64,000 nucleotides of DNA from Rhynchopus sp. YZ270_cl-10 (Eukaryota): positions 62,001 to 126,000 of the forward strand of contig OZ037848.1 in assembly GCA_964035575.1 (NCBI GenBank). The letters run 5' to 3'. The notes below the pieces were generated by a model. That model did no database searches. It had not been told where the DNA came from and worked only from the letters and a program-made list of their open reading frames with translations. The first letter of the stretch is position 1. Each line of letters starts with the position of its first letter. The position numbers and the translations under genes were made by a program. Shown one piece after another: positions 47,469-60,715 of the stretch.

Positions 47469-50400
47469 TCACTGCAGGCCTTCATGCGGGTTGGGAGAAG
47501 ATGACTCGGCGGGGGATCTGATCATAGGCGTGTCGTCTGAGTAGTCAGAGCTGACATCAGAGTTCAGGCCGTCACGCGACGAGCACAGATCGTCGATGGT
47601 GGTGCGCTTGTCCCTGTGAAGTGGTGGTGTTATGAAATCAGTTTTTTGGTGTCGATAGTCGCCTGCTTCATGACATACCTGCTCGCCAGCCACGCGTTGC
47701 GCTCTCTGTCCTTAATCGCGTGCAGCACCGTGGCGTACATTGTGATGTACACGACGTTCGCGAGGACTGCTGCTACTGCGAGGAGGATGAGGCCTGTGCA
47801 CCAGATGCCTTCTGCTGAGAGCACCTGCGCCTCGTCGATCATGTCCCATGCCTTCACGTACTCCAGTATCGAGTCGACAGCGTCGTACTTGTTGCCGGAC
47901 ACGAAGATGATCAGTTTCTCGACGTCCATCGTCATCAGCACAATTGCAATGACCAGAACGTCCAGAGACGACCACGATGCCAGACACTCGCCGATGAAGA
48001 ACAGCTTCTTCTGTTGGGACAGGCGCAACGGAATGAGCCACATGCACAGCCACACCACAAAGCTGAGAAGTGGCACGATCACGCAGAACACCACAAGGCT
48101 GATAATCACGAGCTGTTGGGGAAAAAAATAAGTTGAAGAAAAAACAAGAGGTGGTGACTATTTAGTAGCCATACGTAGTTCAGGAACGTCTTCGTGCCTT
48201 CTTCGTCAGACTTGGCGAAGTCCTTGAGCATCGACAGCACAGAGAACTTACGCTCGCGGTTCTGTTGTTGGTGTGTTGTTGTGAGAGGGCTTTGGGAAGC
48301 TACACCCATCTAAAATCTACATATACAGAGAAACAAGCACATCGTGCAGATAATGTCAAATAAAAAACCGTATAAAAGACATACCACCCCTGGTGTGACA
48401 TCTGCAAGGAGGCCCAGCACTCCTGTGTCCTCTACACCCATGGAGTTGACGAGCACACCGACGATGTGGAGCGTCATGCATGCAAGCATTGAGAGGAACA
48501 CGAGACACCTGATGTACCATGCGAGTGGCGACGGGCGCGTTGTGTCTCCACTCTTGTGTGCGACGCAGCACCCAAGCCACTTCCTGCGGGAGTGCAAATG
48601 GGTGCTGAGCACCTCGCGTGTCGTGTCCTTCGCGCCTTCTGCAAACCACGTTGTCGTCGCCATCGACCGTGCGGACGACTGTGACCGCCAGCTTCCCCTG
48701 TACCCCTGAGTCAGCGCATCCCTCATCTCCTTCTTCACAGACGCGACCACGTTTCTGTTATGGAACAACACAATCTGTCCGATCAGCAGGTTCAACCCCT
48801 GCACCAACGCAAAGACGTAGTACCCATACCACCTCTCCACCTTGAGTCCTGTCATCAACACCTCATCCCCCCAACCAGGAAGGGTGCCGCTTGGACCGAC
48901 CAAGATGTTCCCATACGGCACAAGAAGCAGGTTGAGCAGTGTGTCGAGCAACGAAAACTTTGCCGCATAGTCGAGATACGCGAGCAGATGCGATCTGGTG
49001 CTGTGGGACAGCACTGTAGGTGGGACGAAGAAGAGCCAGAAGAGCGCAACTATCTTGATCCAGGCCCACGTAAACGAGAGAAACCCGATTCCAACAGAGA
49101 TGTCGGGAACGTGAGCGTTCCAACCGTCCTTAATAAGCTTCAGCGTTGTGTACTTATAGACCGGCATCTGCTTGGTCTGCCCTCCGATCACAAAGACGGC
49201 ATCGATGGTAATGTTCTCGTAATACAAATGCGACGACAGCATGAGCCCCATCAGGATAATAAGCATCACCGGAACACCGTAGCGCAGCTTTGCCGGCACC
49301 ACCGGATGGGCGAACACTGTCTCCCCCATACGCAGTGTATCCCAAACGCTCCCTGCGTCGTCAATCGAGCTCGTGTCGTCCTCAATGGAATCGGGGTCTT
49401 CCTCACCGTCCCTTTGGCACTCCGTCGTGACCTTGGCCTCAGGGTCACCATTCAAGGCTTGCCGCACCTTGTACACTGTGAACACCGGCATCATCACGCA
49501 TGCCAGCACGGCGGTAAGGATCATTGCTAATTGCACGTATTTTCCGGAGTCCATGATTGTCGTGTGGTCAGGCGCGATGGACGGCATTGGTGTGCCGCAT
49601 ACTGCTTCCTCCTGGAAGGTTCTGAGCTTCGAAGAGGCAAGTGCCCCAGAGAGCTTGTTGAATGTCATGTTGAAAAACCCGTTGATAGTGTTCGTCCAGG
49701 CAGGGCCGGATGTTTCCAGCTTTTTGGACCAATCGATGAGGGTCTGTCCAGTGCAGGAGATGCACTCGACCTCAAGGGTGAGGTCCTTGACAAGCATCTC
49801 GGAGAGATCAATCTTGAGGCCATCGTGGTCCATAGCAGAGTAGAGGCAGGACGCCTGGGTGGCCTGTTGCAGTTCGAGCTCGACAAACCTTTCGTCAACG
49901 ATTTTGAGGATCGCGTCAAGCGTGGCACCCCAATCCGCAATGTTGACGCTGATGCGCACATCGTTCTCAATGAGCGGTCCAAACTCCTCCCAACGGATGT
50001 AGATTCGTGCGGAAAGCCTGAGTGGGTCGTCCTGAGCATTTCCAAACGCATCCTGCGATGCCGCAAGACGCAGGAAATTGTTCAAATTGAACGGACCCGC
50101 CCCCGGGAGAAGAACCGACAGATTGCCAAACGAAGGCAACCCAGACACACTCACCTCCGACACGACCAGCTTCAGCATCCCCATGTACACATCTGCCGGG
50201 GTGCCCCCCTGGATGAACTTTCCAGAGACGTTCACTAGGGTGCCGAGGTTCAACGCTGTTCCATTCCAGTTGTCGCTTTGGCTTAGCGAAGCGGCGATGA
50301 AGTCGTTCACAGACATATCACTCTCGAAGTCGCCGAGCACAGTGTCGAAGAGAGTGTCCAGAATCTTGATGAGCACGGACTGCGACAGGTCCACGTCCCC

Positions 50401-52203
50401 GGCGATACGCAGCACGGTCTCCTCCTCCTCCTCCTCCCCCTCAGCACTGCGCAGTGTCTTGGAACCCTCCTTCGTCTTCTTCTTACTCGTCCTGTCCGGG
50501 AAGACGCACGGCTTCTTGTCGGCAAGCATCGCCTGAATTTGTGCGTTCAAGACGGGACGCATCATTCTGTCGGCAAGGTACGGTACGATTGGAAGCATTG
50601 AGTCGCCGTAGAGACCCCCCAAGGCGGAGATGGTGTTTGCAAAGAAGGAGTTCATCCCACCAGACGCAGCAGGGTGCAAGACCGGCTTGATCACCTTCGA
50701 TGTGAGACCCATCTTCATATCCCCAAGGGTGCTGTGGATGAACGTAAGATTCGTTGCTTTGATGGTCTGTAGGAGGCAGGCAGGGAGGGTTGCCAACGAA
50801 AGCAACGAACCCATCTGAACCTCCTGCAGCTCTGTCGCATTCAACCCTGCAACAACATTGAGGCCAAACACCATATCCTTCAAATCAAGCTCCATTGCGG
50901 TCTCCAAAGTAAACTCTCCACCACCTATCAGCACATTATCCGGAAACACCATATTCACCTCCAGCGTCACACCCAGCGACAAGCTGGACACACCAATGGT
51001 AAGCCCTATGGTATGATTCGCAAGCACATTTGCCACATCAAAGAGCGTGATACTGTCCATATCCACCAAGGACACATCCTTCACTGTGATCCCTAATTTA
51101 ACCCCAGAAAAGGCACCTTCTTTGATGACGATCTCCGGGAGAGACAGATTCAGGTGTGTCAGCGCATGGTCCGGCATCAGAACGTCGACCAGCTGGTTGA
51201 CGACCAGAGGCTGCTCCTTCACAACGTCCCCAGCGAAGTAGCGAGATGTGTACGGAAAGCGCCCGGTTCCGGGGACATTGAAAACCCCCTTGAAGGTCTT
51301 GAGGGCGGAGATGACGCCGGGGGTGTTCATGTTGGCAGTACCATCGAGGTGTGCAGTGTCGTCCTCTCCTGCAGAAACCGGCGGCGCAACAATGGGAAGC
51401 GCAACATACCCAGCAAGGAGCGTTTCCGAGAAATTCTTAAGAACCGGGTCAATAAGAAGCTCAAGACCGATCTTCACAATAAAACTGCAGATCACCGGCT
51501 TCGCAAGGCGCTCAAGCACCGCAATCTCTGCATCATCCTTTTCACAATGGTACCACCACGTCAAAGGGTCGGTCGTGGATTTGCAATCCTTGATCGTGAT
51601 GGAGAGATCTGGTACATTGCAGTCCTCAAACTTCAGTTTGTTTGGAATACCGTGCTCACCGCGGATGAACCTGAGTGTGGTCTTAAGAGAGACGTCGGAT
51701 ACGACCAAGGTCGCGTTTCCCTCCATGCTTTCGTCTGTCCCGTTGTGTGTTCTGAAGACGCCACTCAGCTCTGCATGAAAGTCGGAAAGTGTGATCGCTA
51801 CGTCGTATTCTTCTGTCGAAACATTGTAGCTTTCTACATCAAGATCACCAAGGTGCATGTTCCCAAGCTCTCCATTTTCCACCAGCATCACATTCAAGGT
51901 CGGGATAGGTTCCTCCGAAGGGTGTACCCGCATAGAGACGTTCTTCAACAAAGCGTTGAAAGTGTCAAACGGCATCACAGGAGCAGCAGTGGGCTCTGGT
52001 GTAGCTGGGGCGTCGGTTTTTGGCGCCTTTGTTGGCTTTGGGGGTGACGGTGTCTTCGGGGCCTTGGTGTGTTTTGGTGCGTGGGTTTTAGGTGGCGAAG
52101 GGGTTTTTGGCGGTGAAGGTGTTTTGGGTGCTTTTGTCCGTTTCGCAAGAGCATTGCACTGCAGATGCACCAGAACCACCGCAAGGATTGAGAGAGTCCG
52201 CAT
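47469..52203 (-). CDS. Second large PqiA-like membrane protein (~1494 aa, 4 exons) with N-terminal Pro/Lys/Thr repeats
   Basis: Exons 52203-48385, 48261-48175, 48112-47679 and 47613-47469. Signal peptide, KAPKTPSPP repeats, AAKFSLLD and LASWSSLDVLVIA motifs. Colinear with 17849-22520. Confidence 0.8.
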
Positions 52204-52591
52204 AATAGCTTTCTTTTAATACCCCGTCCTCAAAAGGACAAAAGGGGCTTTGTTTTGTGTTGCTGTTGGTTTTTGTGTGGAAGGACGGAAGATGTGGAAA
52301 AAAAATGCTGTAATTTCTATAAAATGTGGGAGGACCTTCGAGACATTCTCCCAGGGGGGCTATTTTTTCCAGGAGAAAAGTGGCAAATAAACCCCTTTTC
52401 AAGTCGATAAGAGAAAGCATAAGAGCGGGGATGTACGAAAAAAAGTATAAAAAAAACACTTGAAAAAGGTAATGTAAAAGAAGAAGAAAAAGAGAAACGT
52501 TGGCAAGGTGAAGTGGGCCTTGCTACGTTCAGTCACTTTGCCAATCAAGAAGAAACGTGTAATTGACACTGTATAATGCATTTTGCTTAGT

Positions 52592-52812
52592 TGGGTGATC
52601 TATGGTCTCTTGAGACACACAACAGGCCGTGAGATCTTACTGAGAGTGAGTGAGAGTTACTGAGAGCTCTCGTGAGGTGCTGTGGTACCTCGCACAGTAC
52701 ACACATGTACACATCTCACTAAAGTACAAAAAACCCCTCATAACTTAGTGAGAGTCTGTGAGACGCTACTGAGAGCTAGTAAAAAAATCTCTCCCCGCTC
52801 ATAGATCACCCA
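52592..52812. mobile_element. 221-bp MITE
   Basis: TIR tgggtgatctatg / catagatcaccca flanked by tagt on both sides. A degenerate relative lies at ~29897-29981. Confidence 0.75.
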
Positions 52813-53151
52813 TAGTGTAAAGATGCACAAATATTTAAAATGAAGTAAGAGACAGAAAACGGTCGTCTAGCATCAGCTTTACGGCTTGTCGCAGAAAAAA
52901 GGGGAGGGGGAGGGTTTATAAGATGAACCTAAGCCGCTCGTGCTTAGTAGGGGGCTTCGATCACACAATCGTTATTGTACAGCATCAGCTGTGGCTTTGC
53001 GGAAAGAAACAAAACAAAAATGCATCACACCAAAACACATGTCTTTTAAGTTTTATATTTTCAAAATACGGTGGTTGCCAATTTCTTGTATCAACTCAAT
53101 TAAAAAAGATACCAAAATCGGTTGCCACGGGCACTTCATTGCGCTTTTGTT

Positions 53152-54030
53152 TCAATGCCTCCACTTCTCCTCGTGTCCATTCTCTTGGTGAGGTTCGAGG
53201 AAGCCACGGAACTTTACCTCCCATTTCAGGGCTTCGGGCGTTTCGTCGTCTGTGTTGGTCACGGGCCGTTGGTGCAGAGACCAGCGAACACCGTAGCCTG
53301 ACGCGAGACGCACTTCATAGGTGGGGATGCCGTGCGGGAGCATATGCAGATTCACCCAGGCAGGGTTCTGCAGGATGTTGCGCAGATGCTCTTCGGCGCG
53401 CGACACGAGGTCCTCTTCTGACCCGCCTGGGCTCCCCCAATGCGAGGTGCTGTCACGCGGTATGTGTTTTGTCAGCGCCTTCGCACCGACCGTCAAACGG
53501 CTCCCCGCAACATGTTCGGAGAATGTACCGCACAGGACCGCAACCGGAGGTGGCAGGATCATGTTATCCTGCACTGCAGTCACCGTCCCTGGTGTGAGAC
53601 GCATACCCATGACGCGGGCTACTCCAATCAGCCCTATGTCTAAGTAATCCGTGAACACGTCCACAAGCACATCATCATCGAGCTCATCCGCCATAAGCGT
53701 ACGTAGAAAGCCTTTCGTCTGGTCTAGGGAGTCGTGATTGTGTTCATCCTTAAGCGCCGCATCGTCTGCCATGCCCTGCACTTTAGGGAAACTAAGGCCA
53801 TACATATACGTGTCGCAGCGTTGCACCAGGTGGTTGTACAGCGGGTAGTCCGGGAGGTCGCTGTGGGCAGACCACTCCGGTGTGTACTCCGGTGTGAAGG
53901 CGTACGGCTCCATCACCTCCTCAGTGGTGAGCAGAAGGGAGCGCGCGGTTTTTATGACGGTGGAGTCAAAGGAGAGGTCAACCGCATTGAGAAGAAGCCG
54001 CTCCAGTGGTGCTTTGGCGCGAAAAAGCAT
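53152..54030 (-). CDS. Conserved uncharacterised protein (292 aa) with an LTVGAKALTKH...GYGVRW...FRGFLEP domain
   Basis: Long clean ORF. The motif pattern resembles the C-terminal domain of plant ASCH-associated proteins (recalled, not searched). Confidence 0.7.
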   Translation of the reverse strand: MLFRAKAPLERLLLNAVDLSFDSTVIKTARSLLLTTEEVMEPYAFTPEYTPEWSAHSDLPDYPLYNHLVQRCDTYMYGLSFPKVQGMADDAALKDEHNHDSLDQTKGFLRTLMADELDDDVLVDVFTDYLDIGLIGVARVMGMRLTPGTVTAVQDNMILPPPVAVLCGTFSEHVAGSRLTVGAKALTKHIPRDSTSHWGSPGGSEEDLVSRAEEHLRNILQNPAWVNLHMLPHGIPTYEVRLASGYGVRWSLHQRPVTNTDDETPEALKWEVKFRGFLEPHQENGHEEKWRH

Positions 54031-54846
54031 GGTAGGGTTTATGTAACGAAAAAGTTGATACTATGTATGAATGTAAAAGAAGGTGTGAAAGTAAAGGAAA
54101 AGACTCTGGAGAGGATGTACCCCCCCCGATTGTGTAAGTTCTGGTTAGGAGGGTGTGTGTGTGTGTTTGGCCTGATGTAGGTTCCGGCTTGGGGAGACAG
54201 AAATGCGTCAGAATACAGAACAGCGAGGGAATGAGAATACTCGACTCTTACAGTCGCCAACTGATCTTGAATACTCGACTAGAAAAAGGGGGGAAGATTA
54301 TTTTCGTTGAACGCAGCCAAAAACAGTGTATGAGATCTGAATTTTGGCGCAAATGATTTTTAAAGGGGAGGAGAAAATAGTCGGTATCAGGCGATTAAAC
54401 GTTGGCTGTATTACTCGAGTTTCTAATAACACTACGTGTAAGGGAAAAAACAAAATCCTAGATCGGATGGCACCCCCTCTTTTTTATTACATGGGGATTA
54501 CGTAGTGGTAGCTTGTGGTCTAAAAGGGGAGATGGGGATGAAGGGGAGGAGTGGTGTGTTGCACATATTGGCAGACGAGGGCTGGTCAAGGAGGCATGTC
54601 CGAGCAGTCCTCAGAGTGGCCAAATGTGTACTATTATTTTTTTCTAAGTGGTAATCTACAATATTTGCACATGATCCAAGAAACATAGGGGCGAAAACTA
54701 GATTATGGGATTTTCAAACTCAGGGGGCTATTCTCTAATTCTTGGATCACTGTATTTCTCTCTTTTTTGAACATTCTCTTCTTTTCGCAAAACTTCACAG
54801 AGGGGAGATGCTGTCTGTCTATTCCCCTCATGTCAAACATCATTTT

Positions 54847-56166
<1,320 letters not shown>

Positions 56167-57397
56167 TGGGGGGGCTCAAAATAGTATCAAATCTTTTGGA
56201 TTTTATGAATGTGGCGACATGTTGGGGGTGTGGTTGTGTTGGCCTGTAGGTTGGTATGGAGGGGACAGAAGGTAGAGAAACGAAGGTGAGGTTATTTTGA
56301 AAAATGAGTCGTGTTGTGTGGCCAAAAACACACTTTTTGAAAAATGAACTTGAGGGGGAGGGGTGGGGGAAAGGAAAACTTGGCAAGATGAACGTACTCT
56401 CACAGAAGCACACATCTTAAATAAAACTTTCGGCTTTGAAAAAGGGGGTTGAAAATTGACAAACGTTTCGAATAACCACACCAACACACAAAATGTAGAA
56501 AAAACGTTATTTTAGGGGGGAAAACCCCCCAAAAAAAAAGCAACAACGACAAAAAAAAAGCATATAAGATGACCCGAAGCCTCTCTCGCTTCAGTCACCT
56601 TGAAAAAATGTGGGGTGAAATCAAACTTCGCCCATTTTTTTTTCTCGTTGTCAGAGTATGGGAGAAAAATACATTTGTTTTTTTTTTCCTTTTTTTTTTG
56701 TTGGGAATGCCCAGCTCTCCCTTCACTGACAGTCCGCTGCCATTTAGTGGCTGTGCGCAGCCACCATCCCCCCTTTGAACGTTGGTTTTAGAACAAAAAA
56801 GATGAAAGCCATTACGATGACCTTCAGCAACCCTTTAAAAAAAAAAACTGACCTAAAAAAAAATGTGAATTTGACGGATGTCTCTCCCTTAAAACACGTG
56901 TTAGCGGAGCAGCTCCTTTCCAAGACACCCCAGAAAAAGCCATATCTGAGAGAGAAAAGAAAAGAACACCATATTGCACCGAATCAATGATTGAAGGGCT
57001 GTGTGATGCAATCGGAATTCACTGTCAATGATGTAAATTTTTTCGAACCCTTTGGTCTGCGAAAGGAGGAAAAAAGAAATACTAACAATAGAAAATTGGT
57101 GAGAGGGGTTTGTGCAGAAGGAACACACCTGACACAAAAAGCACAAAACACTTCGGATGTATTTAAAAAAAAATGTGTGTATCACAGCACTCTTTTTCTC
57201 TTTTTGAGCCTTTCAATATCGTCAAGCTCAAAATTAAACAAGCGTTATTTTTTTTGGGGGATTTTTGTTGGAGAATTTTGCATTTTTTTTCTGGAAATAC
57301 AAAACCAATCTGAACACCAATTGAAAGTTCTGCTTCTTTTTAGTCCTCTGGCGTGGGAGTGGGGGAGGAGAGTATTGGCAAAGTTTAATTCATATAC

Positions 57398-58233
57398 TGG
57401 GGAGATCCGGGTGCCCGCAACAACAATATTCACAAAAAATCACAAAAAATCACAACAAATCACACAAAATCACACAAAATAAATACAAAAAATCACAAAA
57501 AAAAAATTCTATTCACAACAAATCACAAAAAATCACAAAAATCACAAAAAATCACAAGCAATCACAAAAAAAAAATCCTATTCACAAAAAATCACAAAAA
57601 ATCACAAACAAAAAATCTTATTCACAAAAAATCACACAAAATCACAAAAAAATAAATCCTATTCACAAAAAATCACAAGCAATCACAAAAAAAAAATCCT
57701 ATTCACAAAAAATCACAAAAAATCACAAACAAAAAATCTTATTCACAAAAAATCACACAAAATCACAAAAAAATAAATCCTATTCACAAAAAATCACAAG
57801 CAATCACAAAAAAAAAATCCTATTCACAAAAAATCACAAACAATCACAAAAAATCACAAAAAATCACAAAAAGTGGATGTGATTTTTTGTGATTTTTTGT
57901 GAATAGGATTTATTTTTTGTGATTTTGTGTGATTTTTTGTGAATAAGATTTTTTGTTTGTGATTTTTTGTGATTGTTTGTGAATAGGATTTTTTTTTTGT
58001 GATTTTTTGTGATTTTTGTGATTTTTTGTGATCGTTTGTGTTTTTTTGCGAATAGGATTTATTTTTTGTGATTGTTTGTGATTTTTTGTGAATAGGATTT
58101 ATTTTTTGTGATTTTGTGTGATTTTGTGTGAATAAGATTTTTTGTTTGTGATTGTTTGTGATTTTTTGTGAAGAGGATTTTTTTTTTGTGATTGCTTGTG
58201 AATATTGTTGTTGCGGGCACCCGGATCTCCCCA
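57398..58233. mobile_element. Foldback element, 836 bp, with 38-bp perfect TIR and 5-bp TSD
   Basis: tggggagatccgggtgcccgcaacaacaatattcacaa and its exact reverse complement. tatac at 57393-97 and 58234-38. The interior is (aaaaatcaca)-type arrays that invert at ~57875. Confidence 0.9.
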
Positions 58234-59005
58234 TATACATTCTTTTCTTAGCGAAACAAAAAAGAATGCAAAGAGGGTGCAAAAAATCTGGCAAAGTGAA
58301 AAACAAAAAACGTATTGTGTAGCGGGTGCGAAAACCGTGGCGAATAGTATTCAATAATATAACAAGCGTTGTTGAGATGTACCTTAGCCTCGCAACATGC
58401 CGCAGATCACCTTTTCAATATTTTGCTATTTTCCGATTGAGCGAAACAAAATATGGTCCGAATTAGGTGGAGGATCTTGAGAACACTGCGTAATATTGAG
58501 CGAAGAACAACACGAGAAAAAAAAAAATACCATTTTTGTTGAATCTCTTTGAAAAAAAAAATGTTGGGGTTTTTTTTTTGTTGTAAAATCGTGAAGACAC
58601 ACTTCAGTGTCATCCTTGTGTGATCACCACGCATGTTGATACATCATAGCTAATGCATCATGGGAAAAAACTTTTTCAGAACCCCCTTTTTTTCGTTCCC
58701 TCTTTTGCCCCCACTAAACTTCTTCTTTGGACAAAAGCTTACGGCTTAGTCGCCTCTCCCCAAAAAAAAATACCCTCATCGTACACAAAACTTCGCATTT
58801 CCCAGCATCACCATACTTACTCTACCTTTCTCTTGTTGTTGTTTTTTGTTTTGTTTTTTTTTTATGAAAGAAAGCTTTGTTGTATTAGTGTACTGTAGTC
58901 CAACCCGAGCTCCACTATACCTTTTTTGCCGTTGTTCTTGAACCCCAACACCCTCCCCTTCATCCCCACAAAACCCAATTAAAACATGTTATTCCCTCAT
59001 TTCTC

Positions 59006-60715
59006 TTAGAACGTTGCGTTCATTACCCTGGTGACATTGGGGTTCGCAAGCACTGCACCAGCACTTGCAGAATCGAGTCCAAAGAAGAGTTGGCTGTTGC
59101 TTGCGTTGATCGCAGCCCCGGTTTTGTCGATCTTTGCAAGGTCCACTGCAACTTGGGAGCTCGCGATTTCGTCTGCCGCGTTCTTGGACCCACGGGCACG
59201 CTGCACTTCAGCGTCCGCTGCAGCTTGGGCCTCAATGCCCACCACATCGGCAGCAGCCTTCGCCTCAACAAGCAGCGCAACTGCGTCGGCTTCTGCCTGG
59301 ATGAAGGTTGCCTTCGATTGCCCCTGCGCGGTTGTCTCCAGCTGCAGCGCCTCTGCTGCAGCCACAGCACCTTGCGCAAGACTGTTCATGAGCTGCGTGT
59401 CAGAAGGCTTGGCTGAGATGATGTTGATCGACACAATCTCTACCCCATATTGGCGGGTCACTGCGTTGGCGTGCCCCACTGCGGTGACCATGCGTGCAGT
59501 GTCGAAGAGTACACCACCGGAGGGTTGCTGTGCAGGCGCGCCTACGACACTGCCGAGAACGGCAGTTCCGGCGGCAGATCCGCCACTGCCTGTACCTCCT
59601 GCATTGCCCTTTTGGACCAGAGCGTTGGGAGAAAAGCTGTCGGAGTAGTTGACAGTGCCGATGAAGGATGAGAGCGAGGCGCTGGACTGCTGGAGAACGT
59701 CGTTGCGGAGCTTTTCGATGTTTCCCATGGAGTTGGTGCCGCGCATGGTTTCTGCTGCGAAGCGGGCGGCAGCCTCGACATCGGCAATACGCCAGTTGAC
59801 GGTCGCATCTGTCAGCATCAACACATTGTCTCCAGTGATGACCTCAATGCGTGCAAGAGAGTCGGTCTGAATCTTTGTCGTCAAAAACTTCTCAAATTTG
59901 TGGTTCCGGTGGCTCAACAGATGCACCGCTCCACCACATTTGATGTCCTGCCTGCCATTGTCCTGCGTCACTGCCGCGTACCCTTCGTCCACCGTCAACA
60001 AAGTGTACGGCCCAAGGAAGATAACCGGCTCATTCAGATCAACCACCTTATGGAATTTGAGTGTCTGCGACTTCCACTGATGAAACCCTGGCGGAAGAAG
60101 AACCGGCTGTCCTTTGTCAAACGCAAGCCCAATGAAACCTTGGTCAACCACCGCAAGACACCAATCGCCGTGCGTCATATGCCCCTGCGAGTAGTTGAAC
60201 GTCTCTGTGCTCGTTCTCCAGAAGGGTGCCCAGTGTGCGTGCACACCTTGGCCTGCGAGGATGTACTCACCTTCTCCGTTGTCGATTGGCTTGACGTGAC
60301 CCATGGGGACTTCGAACTGTGCGTAGAGAGATTTGTAGACGCAGGGCCCACAGAGGGGGAGGCAGAGCCACGAGCAGCATGAGTAGGAGTCGTTTGTACA
60401 GCGGGTCGAGTTTGATTCCACGAAATGCGCAGGTTCGCGGCGCTTCAACTCCGCATCGAGATTGACCACACGACCGTGCCCCAGACGGTACGCGCTTTCG
60501 AGCAGTGGTGGGTTGCGTTCCTTCGCCTGCTCCCAGAGGCGCAGTGCAGTGTCCTCTGTGTGCCCGTTCGCAACGCTGTACTTCCGCTGGAACTCTGTGA
60601 ACGGACGCAACACGTTGTCGTTCGGGTCGTGGCGTGGCTTGAGGATCTGGTAGCACGGCGAGTCCTCAAACCCTTCCTCTGCGTCGTACATGGAGTACAC
60701 GTTGGGGTGTTCCAT
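59006..60715 (-). CDS. SPFH/Band-7 domain protein (~569 aa)
   Basis: Start MEHPNVY. ITGDNVLMLTDATVNWRIAD and YGVEIVSINIISAKP are SPFH-like, followed by an Ala-rich coiled coil. Cys cluster near the N-terminus. Confidence 0.85.
   Translation of the reverse strand: MEHPNVYSMYDAEEGFEDSPCYQILKPRHDPNDNVLRPFTEFQRKYSVANGHTEDTALRLWEQAKERNPPLLESAYRLGHGRVVNLDAELKRREPAHFVESNSTRCTNDSYSCCSWLCLPLCGPCVYKSLYAQFEVPMGHVKPIDNGEGEYILAGQGVHAHWAPFWRTSTETFNYSQGHMTHGDWCLAVVDQGFIGLAFDKGQPVLLPPGFHQWKSQTLKFHKVVDLNEPVIFLGPYTLLTVDEGYAAVTQDNGRQDIKCGGAVHLLSHRNHKFEKFLTTKIQTDSLARIEVITGDNVLMLTDATVNWRIADVEAAARFAAETMRGTNSMGNIEKLRNDVLQQSSASLSSFIGTVNYSDSFSPNALVQKGNAGGTGSGGSAAGTAVLGSVVGAPAQQPSGGVLFDTARMVTAVGHANAVTRQYGVEIVSINIISAKPSDTQLMNSLAQGAVAAAEALQLETTAQGQSKATFIQAEADAVALLVEAKAAADVVGIEAQAAADAEVQRARGSKNAADEIASSQVAVDLAKIDKTGAAINASNSQLFFGLDSASAGAVLANPNVTRVMNATF

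Noticed and set aside
57420..58205. CRISPR-like or telomeric array
   Set aside because: No unique spacers, no cas genes and no TTAGGG arrays; it is the interior of a foldback element
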